Notes: a model not told the origin generated them from the sequence alone. Positions 27,586 through 36,603 are shown, numbered from the stretch's first letter. The stretch is 64,000 nt of DNA from Desulfocapsaceae bacterium (GCA_046706325.1 JBJKPM010000053.1:1243-65242), one strand, 5' to 3'. Made by a program: numbers and translations.

Positions 27586-30500
27586 CTAAAAGGTCACCTT
27601 CTCGGCCCCGGCCACCAGCCGGGAAAAGTCATCCCTCCAACCTTCTCCGCCCAGGATCTCAGCAAGGATGACCGTGATATGCCGGGGCGAGAGGCCCATC
27701 TCCCGGTTGCGACCGAGGCCGGAGATGCAGGACGGACAGTTGGTGGCAACCAGTGCAGCGGCATTTCCAATCATGGCTCTTTTCAGCGATTCCCGTTTGC
27801 GTTCAAGCATGGCAGAGGCAATGTCCGGCCGGGAGAGCGCCAGGGTGCCGGCTTCGGAACAGCAATCGGGGACGCAGGCAACCTTCGCATAGAGTCGACC
27901 GAGAAGATGAGGACCTGCGCCGTCCAGGGAGTCATGGCAGGGCGTGTGATAGAGCAGGGTCTCAGGACGTCTGAAACTGAACCTGCCGTTGCCGTTATCC
28001 AGGACGAAGCGTGATACATCGTCAATGCCGCAGTCGAATATTTCGCCGCACCCCATCTCCTGCAGGGCCTTCCGACATGTGCCGCAGCTGACCAGCAGTG
28101 CGTCGAAGACCAGGTGGCCGAGCATCTCCCTGATCTGAGTCAGAATGATCGTATCGCGAAGGGTGATGACGCCGGCCATCTTCTTTTTGGCGTTAGCCTT
28201 GGCCGGAAAGCCGCAGCAGAGGAAAGGCGGGGGCAGGATGACCCGGGTATTGTTTTTTGCCAGCAGGTAGATGGCGGCCATGGCGATATCGGCATACAGC
28301 CGTTCCGAGCCGCAGCCCGGGAAGTAGAAGATGGTCTTCCCGACCTCACCCTCAGGGTTTATCATCAGCGCCTCGCGTTCCGAATACGCAGGGAGCATGG
28401 CGCCGAGCGTCATTTCCGATGCCGGCATCATCGGTGATTTCAAGAGATGGAGTGGGTGCCGGTTTTGGTCCGTGATCAGCCGCGGTATCTTTCTATAGGC
28501 CTTGACGCCGAGGTTCTGGAGTCTGCCGCCCCAGTCCAGGACCCCCTTCCTGAAGATGCGGTTGACGCTTCTATTCCTGTTCTTCAGATAGAGTAGGGAG
28601 AGCCGGGTAGTCCATGCGGTGTGCTTATACCCGAGATTGCTCAATATTTCGCGCTCAAGCACCGAGACTTCAGCGGTGTCGATATCCACCGGGCAGGGAG
28701 TCAGACATTTGCGGCAGAGGGTGCAGTGGTCGGCTATCTCTTCAAGATTCCTGAGCTGGTTGAAGCGTGGCAGGTGGGAGCGCTGCATGTCGTAAAGCAG
28801 GGCCTCGATCAGTGATCCGATGACCATGTTCTTGTTGCGCGGATGGAAGAAGAGGTTGCTCCCCGGATGATGGACGCAGCAGGCCGGCATACATTTGCCG
28901 CAGCGGACGCATTTGGAGATCATCGAGGAGAGCTGGGCAAGCGACCCGTACTGGAGGATCTTCGCTTCCAGTTCCAGCAGGTTGAACGATGGGGTGAAGA
29001 CCTTGTCGATTATGCCGGGATCATTGAGCATTCCCGGGTTCATGATGCCTTCCGGATCGATTCTTAGCCGGTATTTACGAAGTTCGTCAAGGCGTGTCCG
29101 GTCGAGGAACTTCATCTTGGTGATGCCGATGCCGTGTTCGCCGCTGACCACGCCGCCCAGGTCGACCGCCTTGGCCATGACATCCTCGGCGGTTTTTTCG
29201 GCGCGCTTCATCATCTGGCGGTCATTGGAGAAGACCGGAATATTGACATGAATATTCCCGTCGCCTGCATGCATGTGGGTGGCGATGACGATCCGTCTTG
29301 AGCGGACCTGGCGATGGATGGTCTCGATGGTGGCGCTGACCTTTTCGTAGCCGCTGAACAGTTCCAGCAGGTCGTCGAGCAGCCTCGTGATTCGTATCTC
29401 GGAGCGGATCTCTGTTGCGGGCAGGCGAAGGTGGGCAAGGGTGTCGGCGCACAGATCGCCGGCCTTGGGCATCTTCGCCTCAAGCCAATCCGGATCCTCG
29501 TTGGGTTCGGCGGTTCTAAGATAGTCGATGATGCTGCTGACAAGCAGCTCCTTGTTGCAGATGTCCTCCGAGATATTGTATTCGTCGACAAAACGGGCGA
29601 ATTCGGCAAGTGCCGGCAGGGGCAGGACGATATCTTCGTTGAGTTTGAAGGCGTTGGTTCGGGCGGAAATTGCGCCGAGCCGTTTGCGATCCCGCCAGAA
29701 ACGGGCTGCTTCATCGGCATCCTGGGCGGTGAACAACTCGGTGTTTCTATGGGGCACGAGCAGTGCTTCCAGACGTTTTTTCCCGCGCAGGACCTGGGCA
29801 CTGGTGTGGCCGACCATGTCGACCAGAAGGACCGCCTTCGGGTGCTCACTCCTGGCTGCCTTGAACTTATATTTAATGGCACGGATATATTCCTCATCGA
29901 AGTGTTCGAGGGCCATCAAGGCCTCCTCGCCCTCATTCACGAATTCCCGGGATATCTCGACGATGACCCGGCTGGCCTCGTCCATATCCTCGCCGTAGAA
30001 CTCAAGGCAGAAGGTGATCTTTTTTTCATATTCCTTATGCAGGACGAATTCCCCGGAGGTGATAATCCCGTCGGTGCCCTCCTTTTGGAAACCGGGCAAT
30101 CCTTTCAGGGCCTTGTTGGTGATGTCCTTCCAGAGACCTTTCTTGCGAATCTCGGCACCGGCCAGCTGCACCTCACGAAGCACCTGCCCACCCGGTTCGA
30201 GAACCTGGAAGCAGACGGTATCCTCCGGCAGGATTTTGCGCATCGGGTGGTGGACTCGCCTGACGGTCAGGAGATCTGTGCCGGGCATCGCGATGGTGTA
30301 GGAGAGGATATTGTCTATGGCCGTACCCCAGAGAACCGCCGTTTTGCCGCCGGCATTTTCGGCGATATTGCCGCCGATGGTTGAGGCCCAGGAGCTGGTG
30401 GGGTCGGTGGCAAAGACCAGGTTGTGGGCGGCGGCATGGGTCATCGCGTCGGAGGTGACTACGCCGGCCTCGACTTTAAGAACCGGCATCTTGACGCCGG

Positions 30501-31221
30501 ACCCCAGATGGGGGGAGGCATGGGAAGTAATATCGTAAATACGGGTCAGTCTCTCGGTGTTGATTACAACGCATTTGCCGGTTACCGGGACGCTGCCGCC
30601 GGTGAGCCCGGTGCCGCCGCCACGGGGGATGATTTTCAGACCGAGCTTTGCCACTGCCCGCATCAGCGGAGGCACCTGTTTCTCAGCGGTCGGTCTGAGG
30701 ACAGCCAGAGGCAGAAAGAGGCGCCAGTCGGTGGCGTCAGTGGCATGACTGATCAGCGTAAAAGGGTCAAAGCGGACATTTTCTCGGCCGATGACGGCCC
30801 CCAGCTTTTTCTGCATCCTGACGCGCAGGGCGGGGGTCTCCAGGATTTCCTGTTTCAACTCGCCGAGTCGGTCGCGGCAGATCTTCACCAGATGGAGGAC
30901 CTTGCCGCTGCGTTCGGTGCCGACCCTGCCGACCTTGGCCGCCTCTTCGATGATGTCCAGGTCTTCAGTGGCGGTCCTGATAAATTTCCGCAGCCTGGAC
31001 GGGGAGTCGATCAGTTCCTGGAACAGAAACGGATTTCTCATGAGGATAAAAAGATCGCCCACAAGGCGCATGACAAGTCGTGCCGATCTGCCGGTGATAC
31101 GTTGGCTGCGTAATTCCTCCAGATCCTCCCAGACCTCGGAACCGAAAAGCAGGGTGATGATCAATTTGTCGTCTGCGGAGGTAAAATTATAGGGGATCTC
31201 TCGATAATCTATTTTATTCAT
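27586..31221 (-). CDS. DUF3683 / FAD-linked oxidase (GlcD-like) / Fe-S CCG-domain (GlcF-like) fusion oxidoreductase
   Basis: N-terminal REIPYNFTS block. FAD-binding PCMH motif IIPRGGGTGLTGGSVP. Two ferredoxin motifs (CVRCGKCMPAC, CTLCRKCLTPCP). Two CCG-type Cys motifs (FPGCGSE, HTPCHDS). The ATG at 31221 was chosen. Confidence 0.85.
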   Translation of the reverse strand: MNKIDYREIPYNFTSADDKLIITLLFGSEVWEDLEELRSQRITGRSARLVMRLVGDLFILMRNPFLFQELIDSPSRLRKFIRTATEDLDIIEEAAKVGRVGTERSGKVLHLVKICRDRLGELKQEILETPALRVRMQKKLGAVIGRENVRFDPFTLISHATDATDWRLFLPLAVLRPTAEKQVPPLMRAVAKLGLKIIPRGGGTGLTGGSVPVTGKCVVINTERLTRIYDITSHASPHLGSGVKMPVLKVEAGVVTSDAMTHAAAHNLVFATDPTSSWASTIGGNIAENAGGKTAVLWGTAIDNILSYTIAMPGTDLLTVRRVHHPMRKILPEDTVCFQVLEPGGQVLREVQLAGAEIRKKGLWKDITNKALKGLPGFQKEGTDGIITSGEFVLHKEYEKKITFCLEFYGEDMDEASRVIVEISREFVNEGEEALMALEHFDEEYIRAIKYKFKAARSEHPKAVLLVDMVGHTSAQVLRGKKRLEALLVPHRNTELFTAQDADEAARFWRDRKRLGAISARTNAFKLNEDIVLPLPALAEFARFVDEYNISEDICNKELLVSSIIDYLRTAEPNEDPDWLEAKMPKAGDLCADTLAHLRLPATEIRSEIRITRLLDDLLELFSGYEKVSATIETIHRQVRSRRIVIATHMHAGDGNIHVNIPVFSNDRQMMKRAEKTAEDVMAKAVDLGGVVSGEHGIGITKMKFLDRTRLDELRKYRLRIDPEGIMNPGMLNDPGIIDKVFTPSFNLLELEAKILQYGSLAQLSSMISKCVRCGKCMPACCVHHPGSNLFFHPRNKNMVIGSLIEALLYDMQRSHLPRFNQLRNLEEIADHCTLCRKCLTPCPVDIDTAEVSVLEREILSNLGYKHTAWTTRLSLLYLKNRNRSVNRIFRKGVLDWGGRLQNLGVKAYRKIPRLITDQNRHPLHLLKSPMMPASEMTLGAMLPAYSEREALMINPEGEVGKTIFYFPGCGSERLYADIAMAAIYLLAKNNTRVILPPPFLCCGFPAKANAKKKMAGVITLRDTIILTQIREMLGHLVFDALLVSCGTCRKALQEMGCGEIFDCGIDDVSRFVLDNGNGRFSFRRPETLLYHTPCHDSLDGAGPHLLGRLYAKVACVPDCCSEAGTLALSRPDIASAMLERKRESLKRAMIGNAAALVATNCPSCISGLGRNREMGLSPRHITVILAEILGGEGWRDDFSRLVAGAEKVTF

Positions 31222-31525
31222 TGGTACGGCCTGATGACAGCAAGGGCAAAAAGAGCTCGTCTCACTAAAGGGAGACGGCAATGCAAAAAGGTATATTATA
31301 GGAACGGTTCCCCGATTGTGTCAACCTGCTTGCCGGACATCACGCTCTTTGCAGACCTTCCGGGTTGTTCGAAACCCCTCTCTATAAAGAGCTATGGAAA
31401 TGTATACCGATTTCTGGTAAAGTTTCTGGTCATATAAGTACCTTTAACTGGAGATTTCACCACCGGCACTTCCGCTTCTCGGAAGATTTTCTTTTCTCAC
31501 TACCTCAGCAGGCTGTCTTGCAGAT

Positions 31526-33769
31526 ATGGTCCATCTCACCCCTTTTGTCGTGACTACCGGCAGGTGTTGTATCCGGACAAGGCTGCGAAAAGGCATTTTT
31601 TTCTCCATGGGTCCCGTTGTATTTCTGGCCGTCGTCTTGTTCGTCGATTCTCTTTATGGCGGACAACGGCGAGGACTTTCCATCGGTATAGATGCCTCCG
31701 GGCCGGTCGCGTCTTTTCTGCCGGATCAGGCGTTCGGAGCCGGTCTCGACGGTCAGGGTGGTGAGGATCTGGAAAAAATCTATTCCCCGGGGAATATCAA
31801 GGTCATGACGCAAGCGGCCTACAGGAGGCTCGCCTACCGCCTGAGGACCGAACTGGGCATTGAGGCATGGCACTGGAACGAGAACGGCACGTGGAGCGAT
31901 GAGGCGAACCGGCAGGGCTATTGGACCTCGAGCGATAAAAGCAAAGGATCGTTGTTGATGTCCTACGGTTACCGGCTGCCACGCAGGGGCAGCACCGTCG
32001 ATCAGGCGGAAAACCGCGGCTATTCACGGCTTGACGACGGAGACGACAGCACCTTTTGGAAGAGCAACCCCTATCTCGACGCGTATTTCACGGGCATTGA
32101 CAATGCACGGTATCCGCAATGGGTGATCGTCGACCTCGGCCGGCGGCAGAAGGTCAACGCCCTTCGTCTCCTCTGGGCAGAGCCCTACGCGACCAGATAC
32201 GAGGTGCAGTACTGGGACGGCATGGATGCTGAACAGGCAAAGGACCTGGTGGCAGGTGCCTGGCGGTCCTTTGCAGGCGGTCTTATCCTGAACGGCAAAG
32301 GGGGTAAGATCCAGCTGCGTTTTGGAAAAACCCCTGTGTCGGTGCGGTTTGTTCGAATCCAACTGATCGCCTCTTCAGGGACCGGGCCGGAAACCAGGGA
32401 TGTACGAGATCGGCTCGGATACGCTCTCCGGGAGCTGTCCATGGGAGTGCTTGACGGGCGGGGAAGGTTCCAGGACGTCATCAGACACGGCACCTCCTCT
32501 ACCAGCCAGACCATGATCATCGTCTCGTCCACCGATCCCTGGCATCGGGCGATAGACCGCAACCCCGAATCCGTGCATCCGGGCTTCGATCGGATCATGG
32601 CTTCCGGTCTTGGACGGGGCAATCCCGTTCTGGTCCCGATCTCGGTACTGTATGACATACCGGAGAACATGGCGGCCCTGATCCGGCACTTGAGATCCCA
32701 GGGTTTTCCGATGAAACGGATCGAGTTGGGGGAGGAGCCGGATGGACAGGACACAAGTCCTGAGCACTATGCCGCCCTTTATCTCCAATTCGCAAAGATC
32801 GTCCATGAAATTGATCCGGCGCTGATCACGGGAGGCCCGAGCCTCCAGTCCGAAGTTGACGGCTGGAAGACCTTTGCCGGTGCGGATGGTGAACGTTCGT
32901 GGATGAAGAGATTTCTCGGCTATCTGCGCGAACGCAGGCGACTTATGGATTTCGGCTTCTTCTCGTTCGAGTGGTATCCCTTCGATTCGGTGTGCAGGCC
33001 GGCATCGGAACAGTTGATCACTCAGCCGGCCTTGATGACCAAGGTCCTTGAGGGTCTGGACAGGGATGGCGTTCCGCGCGACATCCCGTGGATTATCAGC
33101 GAATACGGCTATTCTTCCTTTGCCGGCCGGGCGGAAGTGGAGCTTCCGGCAGCCCTTTTAAACGCTGAAATCGTCGCCCAATTTCTGACCCTTGGCGGCC
33201 GGACGGCCTACTATTACGGACTCGAGCCCAATACCCCAATCCGTGAGCTTGGTCGGTGCGGCCATCCGGACAGGTTGTGGGGCAACCTGATGATGTTCCA
33301 GCAAGGACCCGACGGTGAGGCCCGGTGGCGTCTTCCCGCATACTATGGCGGCAAAATGCTGGTGGAGGAATGGGCCGAGCCAGTCAACGCACGGCACCTG
33401 CTGTTTCGTGCCTCGGTCAGCGAAGGGGAAAAGGTCCCCGAGGATGTGACCGCCTATGTGGTTCGGCGGCCGGATCGCCGCTGGGCGGTGATGATACTCA
33501 ATAAAGGTGCGGATACCATTCGGCTGGAGAGGATCCGTTTCGAAAACAAAAACAATGAAGGGCACGATTGGCACGGCTCGCTCGAGGTAATCCAGTACTC
33601 GCCGCGGCAGTACACCTGGCGTTCCGACAGCGCCAAGGGGCATCCGATACGAAGTGAGCCGCCGCACTCTTTTCATGCCCCCAATGGGTGCGTCTCCGGG
33701 ATCCTGCTGCCTTCCCTTTCCTTGACCGTGGTCCGTGGCGACGGCCTGCAGCCTTTCGATACCCGGTAG
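31526..33769 (+). CDS. discoidin (F5/8 type C) domain protein with a C-terminal TIM-barrel-like glycosidase-type region; function unknown
   Basis: DDGDDSTFWKSNP...QWVIVDLGRRQKVNALRLLWAEPYATRYEVQYWDG is a clear discoidin/CBM32-type signature. The start is uncertain; the ATG at 31607 gives a hydrophobic N-terminus. Confidence 0.6.
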   Translation: MVHLTPFVVTTGRCCIRTRLRKGIFFSMGPVVFLAVVLFVDSLYGGQRRGLSIGIDASGPVASFLPDQAFGAGLDGQGGEDLEKIYSPGNIKVMTQAAYRRLAYRLRTELGIEAWHWNENGTWSDEANRQGYWTSSDKSKGSLLMSYGYRLPRRGSTVDQAENRGYSRLDDGDDSTFWKSNPYLDAYFTGIDNARYPQWVIVDLGRRQKVNALRLLWAEPYATRYEVQYWDGMDAEQAKDLVAGAWRSFAGGLILNGKGGKIQLRFGKTPVSVRFVRIQLIASSGTGPETRDVRDRLGYALRELSMGVLDGRGRFQDVIRHGTSSTSQTMIIVSSTDPWHRAIDRNPESVHPGFDRIMASGLGRGNPVLVPISVLYDIPENMAALIRHLRSQGFPMKRIELGEEPDGQDTSPEHYAALYLQFAKIVHEIDPALITGGPSLQSEVDGWKTFAGADGERSWMKRFLGYLRERRRLMDFGFFSFEWYPFDSVCRPASEQLITQPALMTKVLEGLDRDGVPRDIPWIISEYGYSSFAGRAEVELPAALLNAEIVAQFLTLGGRTAYYYGLEPNTPIRELGRCGHPDRLWGNLMMFQQGPDGEARWRLPAYYGGKMLVEEWAEPVNARHLLFRASVSEGEKVPEDVTAYVVRRPDRRWAVMILNKGADTIRLERIRFENKNNEGHDWHGSLEVIQYSPRQYTWRSDSAKGHPIRSEPPHSFHAPNGCVSGILLPSLSLTVVRGDGLQPFDTR

Positions 33770-34002
33770 TCTGCCGTCAGCTGCCCTCCAAAGGTATTCG
33801 TTCTCACCTTCGCATTTTTCCTGGTGCCGCCGATGTCGGGCCTTCAGCAAAATTGCAGGAGACTTATATTGTGAATATGCTTATAATGGGGTTGGGGATC
33901 CACTCAGCCGGCAGCTGAGGTACAGGGTGCTGTGAGGTATTTCGTCTTGGTGCAGCAGCCGACGGACGGATCCATTTTGAAACATTCGAAAACAGGAAAG
34001 CA

Positions 34003-35412
34003 ATGAAAAAAAGGATCGCGGCAGCCAGGGAGAGGACAATGATTCCCGATGCCGCCAATGAGATAATCCTGGAATCCATCTCGGACGGGGTTTTCACGGT
34101 GGACCATGCCTGGCGGATCATGAGCTTCAACCGGGCCGCCGAAGAGATCACCGGCACCCCGCGCAGGGAGGCCATCGGGCGCTTTTGCTGGGAGGTGTTC
34201 CGGTCCAATATGTGTGAAGGGGACTGTGCACTTAAGCGGACCATGAAGGAAGGAAAATCGTTTGTTTCGAGTTCGACCTCCATCATCAACAACCGTCGGC
34301 GGCATGTCCCGATCACCGTATCCACCTCCCTGTTGAAGAACAGCCGGGGCGAGATCCTGGGCGGCGTGGAGACCTTTCGTGATCATAGTCTGGTGGAGGA
34401 CCTGCGCCGTGAGCTGAGCGGGAGCTATGAAATGAGCGATATGGTGAGCCATAGCAAGGCGATGAAGAGGATCTTCACGATCCTGCCGCAGGTGGCCGAA
34501 AGTGACAGCACCGTCCTGATCGAGGGAGAGACCGGGACCGGCAAGGAATTGATGGCCCGTGCCCTGCACAATTTTTCACGGCGAAAGGAGGAACCTTTTG
34601 TTGCGATCAACTGCGGTGCGCTTCCCGACACCCTGCTGGAATCCGAGCTCTTCGGTTTTAAGGCCGGTGCCTTCACCAATGCCGATAGAGACAAACCGGG
34701 GCTGTTTCAGGCCGCAGGCCGAGGGACTATTTTTCTCGATGAGATCGGTGACACCAGCGCCGCCTTCCAGGTCCGGCTGCTGCGGGTTCTCGAGGAGCGG
34801 GAATTTCAACCGCTGGGCAGCGTAAAGAAACTCAAGACCGAGACCCGGATCCTGGCTGCAACCAATCGTAATCTGACGGAAATGGTCGACAACGGGACCT
34901 TTCGACGCGATCTTTTTTACCGGATCAATATCATCCGCATCAGCCTGCCGCCATTGCGGGAGCGGATGGAGGACATTCCGTTTCTTATCGAGCATTTTAT
35001 CAAAAAGATGAATCATATCAAGGGGCGTTCGATCTCGGGGGTCGACAAGGAAGCCATGGGCCTGCTGCTTGCCCATGGGTACCCCGGCAACATCCGGGAG
35101 CTGGAAAATATCATTGAACACGGATTCGTTCTCTGCCCCGGCGGGGAGATCACGGCCACGCATCTTCCGGCATTTCTGGTGCAGGCCACAGGCAGGAGGG
35201 CGGCACCCGGGCCTTTTTCGGCCATCGGCAAGAATGTGCGGGCCTTCGAGGAAGAGGTCATTATCGCGGCCCTGAAACGGAACAACTACAACCGACTGGC
35301 CGCAGCCGGAGACCTCGGTATCCATAAGAGCACCCTTTTCAGGAAGATACGGAAGTACAGGATTTCCTTGCCGGAACTGGATGGCCGTTCGGCCCGCAGC
35401 GGGCTTTTCTGA
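34003..35412 (+). CDS. sigma-54-dependent activator with a Cys-containing PAS sensor (OrpR-like)
   Basis: The PAS domain carries C-x8-C-x3-C (FCWEVFRSNMCEGDC). AAA+ motifs GETGTGKE, GAFTNA and FLDEIGD, and a C-terminal HTH (AAAGDLGIHKSTLFRKIRK). It lies directly upstream of the ORP-like cluster. Confidence 0.8.
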   Translation: MKKRIAAARERTMIPDAANEIILESISDGVFTVDHAWRIMSFNRAAEEITGTPRREAIGRFCWEVFRSNMCEGDCALKRTMKEGKSFVSSSTSIINNRRRHVPITVSTSLLKNSRGEILGGVETFRDHSLVEDLRRELSGSYEMSDMVSHSKAMKRIFTILPQVAESDSTVLIEGETGTGKELMARALHNFSRRKEEPFVAINCGALPDTLLESELFGFKAGAFTNADRDKPGLFQAAGRGTIFLDEIGDTSAAFQVRLLRVLEEREFQPLGSVKKLKTETRILAATNRNLTEMVDNGTFRRDLFYRINIIRISLPPLRERMEDIPFLIEHFIKKMNHIKGRSISGVDKEAMGLLLAHGYPGNIRELENIIEHGFVLCPGGEITATHLPAFLVQATGRRAAPGPFSAIGKNVRAFEEEVIIAALKRNNYNRLAAAGDLGIHKSTLFRKIRKYRISLPELDGRSARSGLF

Positions 35413-35414
35413 TC

Positions 35415-35478
35415 GTCGCGTCCTTGCGACTCCTTGCGACCGCAGAGAGTCGCAAGGACGCGACTCTATCATTTTTTC
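35415..35478 (+). terminator. 18-bp perfect-stem hairpin plus T-run (terminator of the activator gene, possibly doubling as a UAS)
   Basis: GTCGCGTCCTTGCGACTC (35415-35432) pairs with GAGTCGCAAGGACGCGAC (35447-35464), followed by T6 at 35472-35477. It contains three copies of the 10-mer TCCTTGCGAC, two direct and one inverted. Confidence 0.55.
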
Positions 35479-35550
35479 CGATGAGTTTCCATCCTTCGCC
35501 TGTCGTTTAACTTTCTGAAATGAAAGAAAGCTGAATATTTTTATACCATA

Positions 35551-35566
35551 TGGCCCGTTGCTTGCT
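35551..35566 (+). promoter_or_regulatory. sigma-54 (-24/-12) promoter of the ORP-like operon
   Basis: TGGCCCGTTGCTTGCT matches TGGCAC-N5-TTGCW with correct GG-N10-GC spacing. It is 34 nt upstream of the ATG at 35600, and an RBS lies between them. Confidence 0.6.
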
Positions 35567-35599
35567 TAGCCGAGGAAAGAGGGGGAACGCACATCGGTT

Positions 35600-35977
35600 A
35601 TGAAGATTGCCATCACCGTCTGGGGGACGAGGATATCGCCTGTTTTCGATTCGGCGAAAAATCTTTTGGTCGTTGAGGTCGACGGAGCAGATATTATGGC
35701 CAGGAAAAGCGCGTTGTTTGAAGCCCGGCTGTTCAACCGCTTCCTGATGCTGTTGAGCGAACTCGACATTCAGGTCCTGATCTGCGGCGCTCTTTGCGAA
35801 GGGCCGGCCAGGGTGTTGGAAGCACACGGGATCGAGGTGAACTCGTTTCTCACCGGCGAAGTGGAAGAAGTCCTGGAATCCTATATTCGGGGACGGGACC
35901 TGGCCGAATTCAGTCTGCCCGGTTGCAGATGGGGCATGTGCAGACGGATGCAGGGAAGAAGAACAAGAACCCATTGA
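35600..35977 (+). CDS. NifX/NifB-like (dinitrogenase FeMo-cofactor biosynthesis family) small protein with a Cys/Arg-rich tail
   Basis: The MKIAITVWG.RISPVFD...L.....I.VLICG.....A...L...GIEV layout is typical of the PF02579-type fold. The C-terminus is CRWGMCRRMQGRRTRTH. Confidence 0.7.
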   Translation: MKIAITVWGTRISPVFDSAKNLLVVEVDGADIMARKSALFEARLFNRFLMLLSELDIQVLICGALCEGPARVLEAHGIEVNSFLTGEVEEVLESYIRGRDLAEFSLPGCRWGMCRRMQGRRTRTH

Positions 35978-35994
35978 GTTGAGGAGGATGGATT

Positions 35995-36198
35995 ATGCCC
36001 GGATGTAATCAGCAAGGTCCTAAAGGAGAAGGGCCGATGACCGGAGCTCAGCGAGGACGATGTCTGCCATCGAAAAGTGCCGCCATCGGCATGAGAAGAG
36101 GGCAAGAGGGGCGGGGACTCGAAAGAGGCCAGGGCGATCGGGGGCAGGGAAGGGGAAAAGGAACGGGCGGCGGCCAGTGTCCCCGAAGGCGGGGGTGA
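35995..36198 (+). CDS. DUF5320-like small protein with a Gly/Arg-rich tail
   Basis: N-terminus MPGCNQQGPKGEGPMTGAQRGRC resembles the DUF5320 signature (P..dGTGP.G.GP.TGRG.G.C). The GAGGAGG RBS supports it, and it sits in the genomic context usual for this family. Confidence 0.55.
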   Translation: MPGCNQQGPKGEGPMTGAQRGRCLPSKSAAIGMRRGQEGRGLERGQGDRGQGRGKGTGGGQCPRRRG

Positions 36199-36201
36199 TC
36201 C

Positions 36202-36603
36202 ATGGTCAAGGTTCTGATGGCATGCAAGGATCCGGTCTCGCTCAGCGGGCTGGCTGATGAACTGTCGCAACGGGACCGGGTGTCGGTGCGGTGGTGTCCG
36301 TCGCAGCAGGATGCCTTGGCCTTAATTGCAAACGAGGGTGTGCAGGTGGTCGTTGTCGGTGAAGAGCTGAGCAGTGGACCGGCCTTGCCCTTTATCAGGG
36401 AGGTAGTGAAAAGGCAGCCGTTTATCAATTGTGCAATGGTAAGCCCTCTGTCCGCGCAGGATTTCCATGAGGTAACCGAAGGCCTTGGTGTATTTATGCA
36501 GTTGCCGGTAAACCCCGGGGCCGAAGAGGCGGACAGGATGCTCGGTCTGCTGGCGTCCATCGGTATTCTGGGGGCTGAACAGCAAGGGGATTCAAAACGA
36601 TGA
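36202..36603 (+). CDS. receiver-like (CheY-fold) protein lacking canonical phospho-acceptor residues
   Basis: Alternating beta/alpha pattern KVLMACKD...VQVVVVGEEL...INCAMVSP...FMQLPV. Gly/Glu sit where the acceptor Asp is expected, and the conserved Lys-Pro is absent. The assignment is by eye only. Confidence 0.4.
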   Translation: MVKVLMACKDPVSLSGLADELSQRDRVSVRWCPSQQDALALIANEGVQVVVVGEELSSGPALPFIREVVKRQPFINCAMVSPLSAQDFHEVTEGLGVFMQLPVNPGAEEADRMLGLLASIGILGAEQQGDSKR

